A stretch of 64,000 nucleotides of DNA from Leptogorgia sarmentosa. Lineage: Eukaryota. The notes beneath the pieces are model-generated. The model was not told the DNA's origin. It worked only from the letters and a program-made list of their open reading frames with translations, and did no database searches. The DNA is taken from NCBI GenBank assembly GCA_964658305.1, contig OZ210885.1, positions 20,274,001-20,338,000 of the forward strand. The letters are read 5' to 3'. The position numbers and the translations under genes are program-made. Positions within the stretch are counted from its first letter, which is position 1; the number at the start of each line of letters is the position of its first letter. Shown piece by piece: positions 1 through 11,675 of this stretch.

Positions 1-1038
1 TCAATTGCGGCAGTGTGGGCGAGTTTTGGTGGTATAATTGCTGCTTTGAATAAAGAAGTGGAATCAGAAGATAGTAAGACAAGGGTTAAAGCTAAAAATC
101 TACTTGCAGCCATCAAATGTTTTGAATTCATCGTGGCCTTGATGTTTATGAAAAATGTTATGTCTAAGACGAAGATTTTAACGAAACAGGTTCAAGCCAT
201 TGAATTGAATATTGTTGATGCTTTGGAAGCTCTCGATGCTACGATCAGCACCTTGAAGTACTTAAGAGAAAAAGACGAAGACATTAATCTCCAAATAGAA
301 GCTGCTGTTGCGTTTAGTGCTCACCATGGTGTCGATGCTGAATCAGAGTTTGCTAAGCATCATAGGAAGAGAGTGGTACCCCGCAGAATTGATGATACTC
401 CTGAAAACGCTGTTAGTTTTGGATTGTAAACGTTTTACAGAAAAGAGTTCCTGCAAGTGCTCGACGCCCAAATACTATTGCTTCAAGATAACTTGAAAGT
501 GGCGTTTAAGATCATAGAGCCCGCTGTTACCTTGCTAAAGCCACCATACGGAAGTGAAATTTTTTCCAGAGATTTGTCATTGCTGATTGACTTGTTTCCA
601 CCCAATTCCAAACCGGACGAAGCCTCACTTGAACTACAAGTTTTTCGGAAACATTGCTTGAGGTCAAAACAAGACATTGCCACGATTCACAACGCTTTAA
701 ATTTTTGTTTGGAATTCAAAGAACTGTTTCCACTAACATTGCGGTGTTTGAAACTTGTTCTCACAGCTCCAGTAACATCGGCTTCAAGTGAGCGAAGCTT
801 CTCAAAGCTCAAACTAATCAAAACTCTCCTCCGTAGTAGTACGTGCCAGGGCAGGCTCCAGAGTTTAATGACATTGTCGTGCGAAAAAGATTTGACTGAT
901 CAAATCGACCTTGAGCAAGTCGTTACGAAATGGGCAAATCTGCCGAAGAGTGGAAGAATAATTAGACTTTTAATAATTGGAAACATATTGGCTACAGGAC
1001 ACGGAGATCATGTGTATGATTACTGGTATAATTACTAG
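1..1038 (+). pseudogene. hAT transposase C-terminal part (ZMYM1-like family, hAT dimerisation domain) with premature stop
   Basis: ORFs 13-429 and 457-1038 are in the same frame, separated by TAA at 427-429. Motif TAPVTSASSERSFSKLKLIKT...RLQSLMTLSCEKD is the hATC dimerisation signature. Confidence 0.9.
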
Positions 1039-1261
1039 CCCGAATATTTAGTTCATATTTGAAGTGAGTCAACAAGATAATCTGTTGGTGTAGTTATTGA
1101 ATTAAAATTACAACAATTCAAAAATCGACAAGTGACTGTAATTATATTCTATTGTAACTTATATTTTAATTTAAAGTAGCTTGCACGAGTCGGTCCTTAG
1201 TGAAAAAAGGTCGGTCTTTTTTGCGTACACCCCCCGGAAAAAAATTGCATTTGCGCCCCTG
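1..1261 (+). mobile_element. Right part of hAT DNA transposon, ending in TIR ...TTGCGCCCCTG
   Basis: hAT transposase followed by a terminus whose reverse complement is CAGGGGCGCAAA, the same style as the CAGGGGCGG TIR at 14494. The left end is outside the window. Confidence 0.7.
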
Positions 1262-2015
1262 ACTGTGGTGACGTGGAACATCCCGTTTGTGCCTTGGAAA
1301 GTACTGTGTGTGGGGTAGGTTTTTCAACCGTGAGTTTTTGTACATTTGCAAGGTGGAGGAGTTGCATGTAGATTGGTTGTATTTCTAGATACAATAGGAG
1401 TTGTAGATACAAGTTATCAAATACACATGCAGCGGAACTTTCAATTTGTATTCTGGAACAGTCCTCAGAGATTAAATACCAGGAAGGTTTCGGGTATACC
1501 GACCTAATGTTTTCAAAATATATTAGGAGTTTCACTAAAAGACACTGTAGTTTACTGCTTGTAGGATTCATCCTTGCATTTTAGAACGCCGCATCCATTT
1601 CCTAACGCCTATGTTGTATTAAAAGCTAGGACTGCTGTGTAGGTAAGTTTTAACTGAAATCTTGCCTATTTCAGACAAAAACCTACTCTACCACGTCACT
1701 CGAAAAGACCACTGTAAGAGGAAAGCTTGTTTTCGTTAACAAAGGTACCAATTTTTCCATGCAACAGCTAAGGTCTGGAATAAGTTTGTTTTTGCCTGTT
1801 CTTGGTTTGCAAATTTCTGGATTCCAAGACATACTTGAGCCTGGAAATAATAGTATGGAGCAGTCGTTTGAAGTTATGGACAACGAAGAAGTCGACTCAA
1901 ATTCTGAATCTGACACTAACAGCGACAATGGCAGTATCTATTCTGACAATGGCAGTATCTACTCTGACAACGAATTCGACCGTTAACGCGTATACAGTTG
2001 AGCTAGATACATTAA

Positions 2016-2210
2016 AGGGAGGTTACAGTCTCTTGCGCGACATATGCCTTCGTTTACAAATACACTTTCTCTTTTTATGTAACTTGAATAAAAAACTGGT
2101 CTAAATCTTGCAAGTTTGATATTCCCAACTGAGAAAGGCTGCCAAACTGACGTGTGGTCCACACTTATTTACGTTTTTGAGACGTGCGCACAAGGGACTG
2201 TAACCTGTCT
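2016..2210. mobile_element. MITE with TTAA TSD and AG...CT termini (Kolobok-like)
   Basis: TTAA|AGGGAGGTTACAGTCTCTTGCGC ... GCGCACAAGGGACTGTAACCTGTCT|TTAA. Confidence 0.7.
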
Positions 2211-2611
2211 TTAAACGTAATTAAACTTTCTACACCCATCTATACGGATACACAGGTAATATTTTTCAGCAACACCAACACAATCGTAGCATAGGCGTGG
2301 CGCGACAGAAGTTGCTCGTGTACCACACTCCGCGACGGCAACGCAAACCATCGCCAATGAAATTGAAGCATGGCGCTATGACGAATTGAGCCCACGCGAA
2401 AACAGAAAAATATTGCCAGCAACATTGCATGCACAATTGCACATGCCAGTTCAGGCGACGGCAATGCAATGATTAATATTTTCAAGTTGCATTCCCATCG
2501 CCAGAATCATGTTTTCTTTACTTTAAGTTGTGATTAATAAAATATCAACAGTATATATGGTACGGCTACATTTTGAGTCATCAACTTTTATTTAATAAAT
2601 TGCAACAAAAC

Positions 2612-2917
2612 CGTGTCATGGTACGCATATATTTGACAAATTCTCATATTTACTATGTATTTCTCACTTATTCAACTATTTTGTGCGTTTTTGTACCGTA
2701 ACATAACAGAATGATGTACACTTGTAATAAAACTGTGTCATGGTATGCATATATTTGACAAATTCTCACTTATTCAACTATTTTGTGCATTTTTGTACCA
2801 TAACATGATAAAATGATGTACACTTGCAATAAAACTGTCATGGTATGCATATATTTGACAAATTCTCATATTTATTACGTATTTCTCACTTATTCAACTA
2901 TTTTGTGTGTTTTTGTA
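2612..2917. repeat. Imperfect tandem repeat, about 3 copies of 100-125 bp
   Basis: Recurrent GTCATGGTAYGCATATATTTGACAAATTCTC and TTCTCACTTATTCAACTATTTTGTG. Confidence 0.8.
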
Positions 2918-3001
2918 AAAATTAGGCGTTATTGCTGAGTGACGTATCATGACGAATACAACTTACCAAAAAACAATGAGTTGGACTACTGTATCTTTTA
3001 T

Positions 3002-3886
3002 CACAGTATAAAAGATACAGTAGACCAACTTATTGTTTTTTTTGTAAGCTGTATTCGTCATGATACGTCACTCAGCAAGTGCCCTAAATGGAGGCAGTCC
3101 ACCCCCTGGAAATATTGAGAATATTCTTTCATTCCGGGGGGTGACTGCCTCTGTTTAGGCACTTGCTGAGTGACGTACATTTCATGACGAACACAGCTTA
3201 CAAAAAAACATTGAGTTGGACTACTGTATCACAGATTAAGAGAACCACATGTGTTACTCCGGCTTAAAAAAGCGTGAGGGCTCCGTCACTGCGCATCACT
3301 TGCTGCGCATAGCTTAGCAAGTGCCACGATCGAAAGACAAAAATTCGTAAAATATCGCAAATTAAGTGTCACCAACTCAATTTTCTCACAGTTTCTCACT
3401 CAATTTTTCTCTTTTTTAACGACACAATCCTGTTTTAGGCACACAAAAAGAGTTTATTTTCATGTTTGTTGTCTTTCAACTCCTGATCATTCGCCGCCAT
3501 TTTGAAATTTTTCTGGGGGGTGAATGCCTGAAGTCACTTGCTAAGCTATGCCACAGAGTATATACATACAGAGTTGTAACTGTTGTACCCACTATTTTTG
3601 TGCGCATGCTCGGCAAGTTACTAGATGCATGCATCTGATTGGATGACGACCTGATGGCGACTAAATTTAAACTTGCCAAGCATGCGCAGTTGATCATTTT
3701 TTGCCGATCGCATTGAAAAAAAAGTGGGTACGTGAAAATACGAGTTTTTTCATACTGATTTACATTAGTTATATCTCTGTATAATATATCCTCTGTGGCT
3801 ATGCAAAGTGACGGAGCCCTTACGCTTTTTTGGCCGAAGTTACACATCTGGTTCTCTTAATCTGTGACTGTATCTTTTATACTGTG
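3002..3886. mobile_element. Palindromic MITE A (CACAG...CTGTG termini, 7-bp TSD CTTTTAT; P-superfamily-like), interrupted by MITE B
   Basis: CTTTTAT at 2995-3001 and 3887-3893; TIR CACAGTATAAAAGATACAGTAG; internal fold-back over 3002-3229. Confidence 0.8.
3230..3866. mobile_element. MITE B (~65-bp TIR CACAGATTAAGAGAACCA..., 7-bp TSD ACTGTAT; P-superfamily-like)
   Basis: ACTGTAT at 3223-3229 and 3867-3873; imperfect ~65-bp TIRs at both ends. Confidence 0.85.
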
Positions 3887-4304
3887 CTTTTATACTGTGG
3901 CAGCGGCCAAATTTCTATTTTAGACCATGTTCGTTGTTATTGATGGTGAGTGTTTGAAGATGTATGATTTCAATATCAGAACGGTAATGAAAGTGCTTGG
4001 CATTTTTAGAATGTTGTTTATATGATTATGTCATATATATTTATATCATATATATATACAGGTGCTCATAATCATATATCGAGAGAGCACTTTGGACTGT
4101 TATATCTCATAACGTTCTACTGTGCACCCATTATTCTTGCCTTGTGGTATTTAATTTGCGTAATTAAGAACTAACATGCTATAACTATGAAAAAATACTT
4201 ATAGAGTATTGACTTATATATATATATATCCGCGCATAAAATAGTAGGACCGGTGCCCATACTCAAATTATAGTGTTGGGGAGTGCCGGCTCTCTCTCTT
4301 GCAG

Positions 4305-5258
4305 GGCAAAAGAGGCATTTGCAAAGTGAGAGATTGTCAAAAATTTGGAAGTTACTTGAAACGTCTTGATCTACATTTAAAAAGATGCCACCCAACTTTA
4401 TCAGAAAAAATGCACAGGTATTTACCTGTGCCACCTATAATGAGTGGTATACCAAATCACATGAAATACAGAAAGAAGGAAACCTGTAAACTGTGTGGGA
4501 AAACACTATTATTGCTACCACATCTGAAAAGGTGTCATAAAATATGTTCAAGGGAGGATTACAACAAACAACCATGTGCTACAAAAAAAATATCAGGCAA
4601 CCAGCAAGTTGTCAAAGAAAAAACTTATACTGTACCAACACTACCTCAACCTCATACCGATCAGGAGTATTGGTATTTAAAAAGGAAAAAAAATGGACTC
4701 TTTGAAGCTTGGGAAAATCTGAAAGCTAAGACTCCTGTCCCAAAGACCAAACAAACTACAAATAAGGAAGGTCTTCACAGTGGTGATGATAAACTGGTCA
4801 AACTATGGTCATTGGCTGCAATGAGACAGCCTACCAAAAAGAAAAAATGTACTCTTTAGAAGAAATCGTTCGATACTTTGTCCTCAAAATGAATTCCTAC
4901 CAAGTTATAGCAATGGGCTTGGCTGCAAGAAAAGATGGGTATAGAAGTAAATCCGCTGTTGCTTCGTATTTGCATAAGACATCCATGAACAACTTAAGCA
5001 TTGATGACTGCAACAATGCAATTGCAATACCTTTGTCCATATTTTCGCTTTTGTCCATTATTTGAATATTCAAAGTTCAAGTGTGTTTGCATTGGTGCTA
5101 GTTCATGTACACCTCTCAATAAGGGTTTTAGGCTTTACTGCAAAAGGAGATGTGAAGAGTCTTTGAAATGTGGATGTAGATTATTGGACAATTCAGCACA
5201 TGCATGTATTGATTTCTACTATTGCAAAGTGTGTGATAAATCCTACAAAACTACTTGA
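4305..5258 (+). pseudogene. Disrupted C2H2-like zinc-finger / Cys-rich protein exon, probably TE-associated
   Basis: Acceptor tctctcttgcag at 4304; CKVRDC...HLKRCH and CKLCGK...HLKRCH; overlapping ORFs 4805-5065 and 5001-5258 suggest frameshifts. Confidence 0.4.
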
Positions 5259-5655
5259 AAACAAAGTTGTTGTACTAAAAACAATTTGTGGGAAAACTGT
5301 ATTTTGTAAATGATTCTTGACAACAAATTTTGGCACCACCAACAAAAAAAAATCTTTGTTTGATATTAACTGTTAAGAAGTACCGCTTGATGTACAAATT
5401 TATCCTTTTTCTCCACTTCATTGTTTTTTTTTAAACTTAATTACATACTTTATTTAGAGTTACATATACATTACATGCTGCTTAAGTTGTTGTATGAAAA
5501 TACAACAAGTTCAATCACCTGAACTCTACACAAATTAACATAATCCCAGACAAATCATAACACAGTGACTTGAAATTTTTCTGTTCTTTCCACTTTCCAG
5601 ACCATCATAAACCATCATAATAATCTTGATATTACAGTGGTAGTATAAAAAAACC

Positions 5656-5809
5656 CAGTGCCCTAGAAAGAGTGATAATAAGGTGGGCTCATATTCATAT
5701 ATTCATGTCCACAGACTATAAAAACAATGGATTTCAACAGAAATTAATGATGCAACACATGAATGTATGAATATACGCCCCCCTCGTTATCGATATCTCT
5801 GTGCCACTG
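5656..5809. mobile_element. hAT-type MITE
   Basis: CAGTG...CACTG termini with imperfect TIR; flanks AAAAAACC and AAAAAACG (7/8 match to an 8-bp TSD). Confidence 0.6.
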
Positions 5810-6094
5810 AAAAAACGCTAGTCTTCGAAATTCAAATTAGGCATATTGTATAGAATTCATCTGACAAATATAATTGCTTCGAATAATTTAGCGAGGTCGA
5901 AGCTGAAGATTTGCAAAGACTAGCCTTTTATACTCTCTGTATTATAAATAACTGATCAACAGAAAGGTATTCGATGATAGACTTGCCTCAAAAATTGCAG
6001 TATGTTTGCAAATTGAAATAAAGTTTCCATGTTTCAAAGCTAAATTTTATGGTAGTGCGATAGGCCTTCTCATGCAGTACAACACTTATCTAAT

Positions 6095-9000
6095 TCAGGA
6101 TAGTAATGAAAGTTTGATTATAGTATCATTAAAAATTGGTGGTATCCTCCAGGTTGCATCAAAAGAAAGCTCGGAATCACATATATAGTATAGTGGACCA
6201 TGATCAGTTCGAATAATATTCCTACCCACAATTGTCGAACGATTTGACATCAGTTGGTATAAATGTTTTTCGTCATCACAGGTATCCAACCAATAGCCAG
6301 TTATTGTTGTGGTAGATTGTGCATTAAGAACTACATTCAAGTTCCCAGGAAAATAGAAGAGCCAATATGGATCATCTGTTACATTGTAAACGGGAAGAAT
6401 AATTCCAGTAGCCTCTGATCTATGGTTTATATTAGATCCAACAGAGCACCAAGCATCTTGACTGAAAAAAAGATATAAAATTAATCTCTCATTTTGATTT
6501 AAGGTTAAATCCATAACCTCGACATTTTCCTCTGATGCAATCTTCCTACAATGCAAAACATTGTTTGCTTCATCTTCACCCAAAATCTTGCAGAGCACCC
6601 GTTTTTGCAACTGCGAGTGTTTAGACATCACCACTGTGACAGTTTTTGTCTGATCTTCCATGTCTTGGCAGTGTTGTTGTTGTTGTTGTTGTTGTTGATG
6701 CTGGTGTTGCTGTTGCAGTTCGTCTCTTTGTTGTCGCTGTTCTAGTTTTTCCGGATTCTGTTCCACCTGTTGTTGATTGTCTGGCTGCAATTGTTGCAGA
6801 TCGCTATGTTGCTGCTGCAGCTGAGACAACTTCTCTTTTTCCTTATACTCTGAAAATGCATAGACATAGCATTCAAATAAATTTTAAACATTTATGCATG
6901 TTAGATAAATGTACTGTATATATCGTGTGTATAAAAAAGTGAACCTTTTCAAATTAAAATTACCTGTAATGTATTGAACTATTTTTGACATGGTTAATTG
7001 CTTTGAATTGTTGTTGGGCAAGCCACAAGGTCTTCTATACAGGGTGTATAAAAAAACGCAACCACTTAATATTAAAGAGGGGTTACAGTCGATTCTGCGC
7101 ATCGGTTCTGCACATAACAAAAGGAGACTACTAAACGTAAACATTGTCCAAATTTCGCATTTTTTGAAACTTTTTTGAATCAAAACGCTGGTTTATATTG
7201 TTTTAGGAGCATAGCAAACCCGAAAAGTGTCAAATATTCAGTAGTTCAATCAAATTTTACAAATATAGCAACTCAAAATGTAAACAAAGCGTTTGTTTAC
7301 ATTAGGGACTGTAACCCCCCTTTAAGTGATTAATATGTAAGTAAAATACATTTTCAGTTCCACAACAGCTGGTCATTTTTCAAATTTTTTTTAGTATTGA
7401 GAAATCCACGTAAAAATCCACCAGTTTGTTTTCGGAAATAAAGCTTGAGGATGAATACAGTGGGGGAATTATTCCAATAATATCACAAGCTGTAGTAAAG
7501 TTTGAGTACAACAGAAAATAGGATTCTTATGCTGTATGTACTGTTGTTTTCTAGATTTGTAGGATATATTATAAGTCTTTGTTCAACCTCAAGATAAAGA
7601 TACGTATACATATCCTATGTTACATTTTTATGAATGAAATACTACACTAAGTTACAGTATATTTACATTTTTATATTTTTTGCTTTGAACGACTTTGTAA
7701 TTTATTTTTATCACAATAATACTGTACTTTATATTTACCTTCAACGAATTTTCTGAATAGATTGAGTGCCACTTGCCCACTTTCAGAAGTCTCTATTGTA
7801 CTTTTGTTCCCAATGAAGGAAACACCAGCTCCTTCTGTCCCATAGAACGTTAAAGTGTCGCCACTACCATGCTTGTGGTGCATTAAAATGACAACATCGC
7901 AGTTGTTATGGATGTTCAAAATATCAGCCTAAAAGAAAAACAGTTCTGATTTTAACGAACTTTTTTCAGGTAACAGACTTTAACGATTATTCTTGTTTAC
8001 CCTTATTGGTCTCGGAGCGGTTGTATTCCTATTCATTTTGTAAATAACTGAACCTAAATTTTATCGACTATGTGTAGTTTTTATGTTTAGACAGTAATGT
8101 TTAGTTTGTTTGTAGTCAATAGTTTATAATTTTGTTTGATATCTGACTTATCTACCGTTTAGGCTGAATGTCTTTGCTAGAACCCTGGTTTCTATATTTC
8201 TTCTTTTAGATTAACAAGCGCACATTCTGCATGAATTTGTCTGTTATTGAGCTCAAACTCGACCATAAGCTTAGATTTTAACGATATACTATGGCACTGT
8301 GCATGAAATGGGAGTAAATACCAAGGTCAATGGTGGGCTGTGAATGTACTGGTAAATAAAGTATATTATGTAATTCGGAGCAACACCATTTTCAGTTCAG
8401 CATAATTTTGTATATTGCTCAATGAGCAAGTCCCACCGTACCACCGCAATGTGCTATCGCGTGTGCAATTGGTGATCGATAAAAACAGAACAAAAATCTG
8501 CAATCACCCTAGAAGCAATCAAATGATTCATATGCTCCAATATTCGGACATAAATTATTGTTAAGTTATAGCATGATTTTCACTCACATTTGGCCTTACC
8601 ATTGTATACATGTTTGAAAAACAGATAATCCAAATTACATAGAAAATCATGCTATTACTATGCAATCGTCGCTGGCAATAAACTATAAAAAAACTTTACC
8701 AGCAGATTATTTCATAAAATGTAAGAAGAAACATACTCCGAATAAGTTTATAAGATGTTATCATTCAAAGTATGTTTCTTCTCATAAGCTGTAAACATAC
8801 TTGTTTTTCCATGTGCTTTCTTTGTTGAGTAATATTAGGATTGCTCATTTTCTTCAAAGAGTCTATGTCCTTTTCTTTTTTTGGAAATTCCATAGCACAA
8901 CTTTGGTTTTTGCAAATCTTCTTTGCAATTCCTTGTTGTAACCCACAACCAGAGCATCTCTAAATTTTAAATAAACTGAATTATTATAAGAGTTATTTGT

Positions 9001-10345
9001 TTGCCAAGCTAGAAACAGTAGCTATACGGTAGAGTTGGTATTTTATTTTTTATCCTATGCTTTTTGCTCTGTTACATTACGTGCAATGCGTCTTAGAAGG
9101 ACTTAAATCTGCCAGGTAATTTCTTGAACAAGTGTGACTAAAGTAAAAGTTTATTATGTCATGAACACAAATGTACGTACCCTGAGTTCCTCAAAGGAGC
9201 TTGCATCTTTGGTGCTTAAGTTGTAGCCATTTGAATGTAGCCCAGCACCCTCATGATCCTGGCCATTCTCATGCACTCAGCTACTCACACCTGTAGGTGC
9301 CATTTAGGAATAAAGTAATCAAAGACATTTTCATGAATAGTAAGCATTTCACATTCATTATGTTGATGGTAGTTGACCAGTTAACCGAGTATTTGTATTA
9401 CCGTAACATTTTTTGAATATGACTCACTATGTGATAAGTGCTACAGTTATGTGAGTGTGTATATTGAACATAAGCAGATCCATCCTTTCTTTTTACAATT
9501 AGATTTTACCAATCAATTTTATCAATCAAATAATAATAAATTAATAAATCAGTAAATAAATATAACTTACTTTCATTCCTTTTTTCATCGGACCACTTAC
9601 TGTAATTGAATCTAAAATGAAAATTCTCATATCAAAAGTGAATATAACAATCCTATTTTCCATTTATTTATTTATTTATTTTACTTTGCCAATTAACACT
9701 TGCCACATTTGACATTTGCTGATGATATATAATGCACTTAATTTTTTATTATAACATCAAAAATGTAGATAGTTACTAGGTTGTCAGTTCATTCAATCAT
9801 AAATTCAAAAGACTTGCACTTCTAAAAGATGGGACCACTGTTTGTTAATTATGAATCAATTGGCATTTATAACACTCACAGAGAGAAAAGGGTGAATGAG
9901 TGAATGTTTGGAAACATACATCACTCGGATTTTCAATATAGACTCTAATATTGACCCTAATAAATCAATACATGACGTGCTGTGTATTCTTGTAAACTTG
10001 TATTTATTTTCTAAAGATTTAGAGGGTTAGGCCAATTACACACATGGCACACATTGGAAATCTTTTTTTAAATAAGTCATATTTAAGGCAGTCGGCTTTG
10101 AGCACTCGCAGAAATGGCAAATATGAGATACAAATTTTCACGCGAATAATGTAAACAAGACAAAATGGAGGCTTTTGAAACAGCCTTTTCAATCCACGAA
10201 GAATTCAATTAACAAAGCTGTACCTATAAACTGTTTCATATTTTAAACTTGTTTGTTGTTCGAAATGATCTGATGACAATATATTATTCTAAAATCTAAA
10301 ATGCAAATGATTTTACTTACCATCGCATGCCACGCTTTCCGCCAT
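6095..10345 (-). CDS. Predicted intact 5-exon gene, 389 aa: N-terminal zinc ribbon (UPF0547-like), poly-Q linker, unknown C-terminal domain
   Basis: Exons 10345-10321, 9611-9571, 8959-8801, 7928-7739 and 6849-6095; all introns GT-AG; phases 1,0,0,1 join without stops (1170 nt). Protein starts MAESVACDDSITVSGPMKKGMKRCSGCGLQQGIAKKICKNQSCAMEFPKKEK. Confidence 0.7.
7076..7321. mobile_element. MITE with TTAA TSD (Kolobok-like), TIR related to 2016-2210
   Basis: TTAA|AGAGGGGTTACAGTC ... GACTGTAACCCCCCT|TTAA. Confidence 0.7.
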
Positions 10346-10689
10346 GTTTATCTGCATATATAGGCATACGTCATCATAACTATATCATTACATCACCTGT
10401 GTCGCAAATTTATTATATCGATCAATTCAGACGTGTTTAAGAATTTATTGATATAATAAATTTAGAGGTGGAGCTTATGTTGTTTTAATGAGCCCTTCAG
10501 TAACCACATTTCCCATTCTGAAAAAAGTATTGTTTGCTTTTAAAATAAACTTAGTGCTAAATATACCAGAGGGTGTTAAACTACCCATGCTAACCGAAAG
10601 TTTTTGGAAATTTTGAGCGCCCGTAAGTTTACAGAATGTTTTTCATGAGTAAACTTTTTTTTTATACACCCTGTATATATATATATAAA

Positions 10690-11530
10690 CATACAACCGA
10701 ATAGCTGGCTACGATTCAAGAGAATGCTAAAGATACTAAAGTAATAAAATTTAATTAAATTTTCGACTGAATGTCTCAGCCTTCCTCAGAAATAATATTA
10801 CTGATAATTTCTAACCTATATATACACCAATAAATATGCAAATAATACAGTTGTGATAACTAATTAAGCTTAGTGATAAACAAAGAAGTCACTGTTGCAC
10901 AAAATCATGACTATCATTTAACCCTCCCCGATTAGTCAAAAGGGTCCCAATCCAGAAGTTTTCACATTCCAACAGATTACCACACCGCTTGTCAATCAGC
11001 ATAAATTTCAAATACGAATGATCAGCCCCGTGGCAATCCAGGAAGTGATTGACAATACTACAAGTTCTGCGCCTACGCTTAATGTGTGACTTGTAGTTCG
11101 CAAGGCGGGCCTTGAAATTAACAGTGGAACCAACACCCTGCAGACCACAAGCCAAACACTCGGCAAGATATACCACTCCCTTGGACGTACATGTAAGCCA
11201 TTTACAGATTTTATAAACTTTCTTGGTAATAAGGGAACGAAAAGTGTGCCCTTCTAACAGAAAATTCTTACAGCAGTCACAACGCTTAGCTGTACAATTA
11301 AAGCAACCGAATTGTTCTACTTGAGTATTTTCCTTACCATATGGGTTGGAGGGAGCCAATAACTCCTTTAAATAGGCGTTGCGCTTAAAAGACACACGAA
11401 TAACCTTGTCGGGTAGAATATCACTGGCTCTCTCATCACAACAGATGATAGACTTGTGATGTTTATTTATAATTTTTCGTATGTCTGGTCCACGCGGATT
11501 ATACTTAGTAATTAAAGAACAATATCCCTC
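10690..11530 (-). mobile_element. 5'-truncated Penelope-like retroelement (Cys-rich linker, GIY-YIG endonuclease, pLTR)
   Basis: ORF 10889-11395: CFNCTAKRCDCC linker, LTCTSKGVVYLAECLACGLQGVGST...R...YKSHI...E.FWI..L.T...GLN; 3' end abuts (TA)n. Confidence 0.85.
10742..10800 (-). ncRNA. Degenerate minimal hammerhead ribozyme motif in the PLE pLTR
   Basis: CUGAGGA-A-GGCUGA(gacau)UCAGUC-GAAA followed by palindromic AUUUAAUUAAAU; stem I is weak. Confidence 0.5.
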
Positions 11531-11590
11531 ATTAGACTTTCAAACTGGTTGATGCGAGTATTGCATTTTGTCATTCATTTATATATTATA

Positions 11591-11660
11591 TGCCCAAGTT
11601 CAGGAGTTGCCATAAGGCCATTATGGTGATAACCGGGAGGGCACATTGTTATACGTTTTG
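11591..11660. repeat. Short dispersed repeat X abutting (TA)n; second copy at 18893-18996
   Basis: TGCCCAAGTTCAGGAGTTGCCATAAGGCCATTATGGTGATAACCGGGAGGGCACATTGTTATACGTTTTG is identical in both copies. Confidence 0.85.
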
Positions 11661-11675
11661 TATATATATATATAT

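Noticed and set aside
1759..1986. Acidic 75-aa ORF with a 21-bp tandem duplication
   Set aside because: No recognisable domain and no exon chain could be built.
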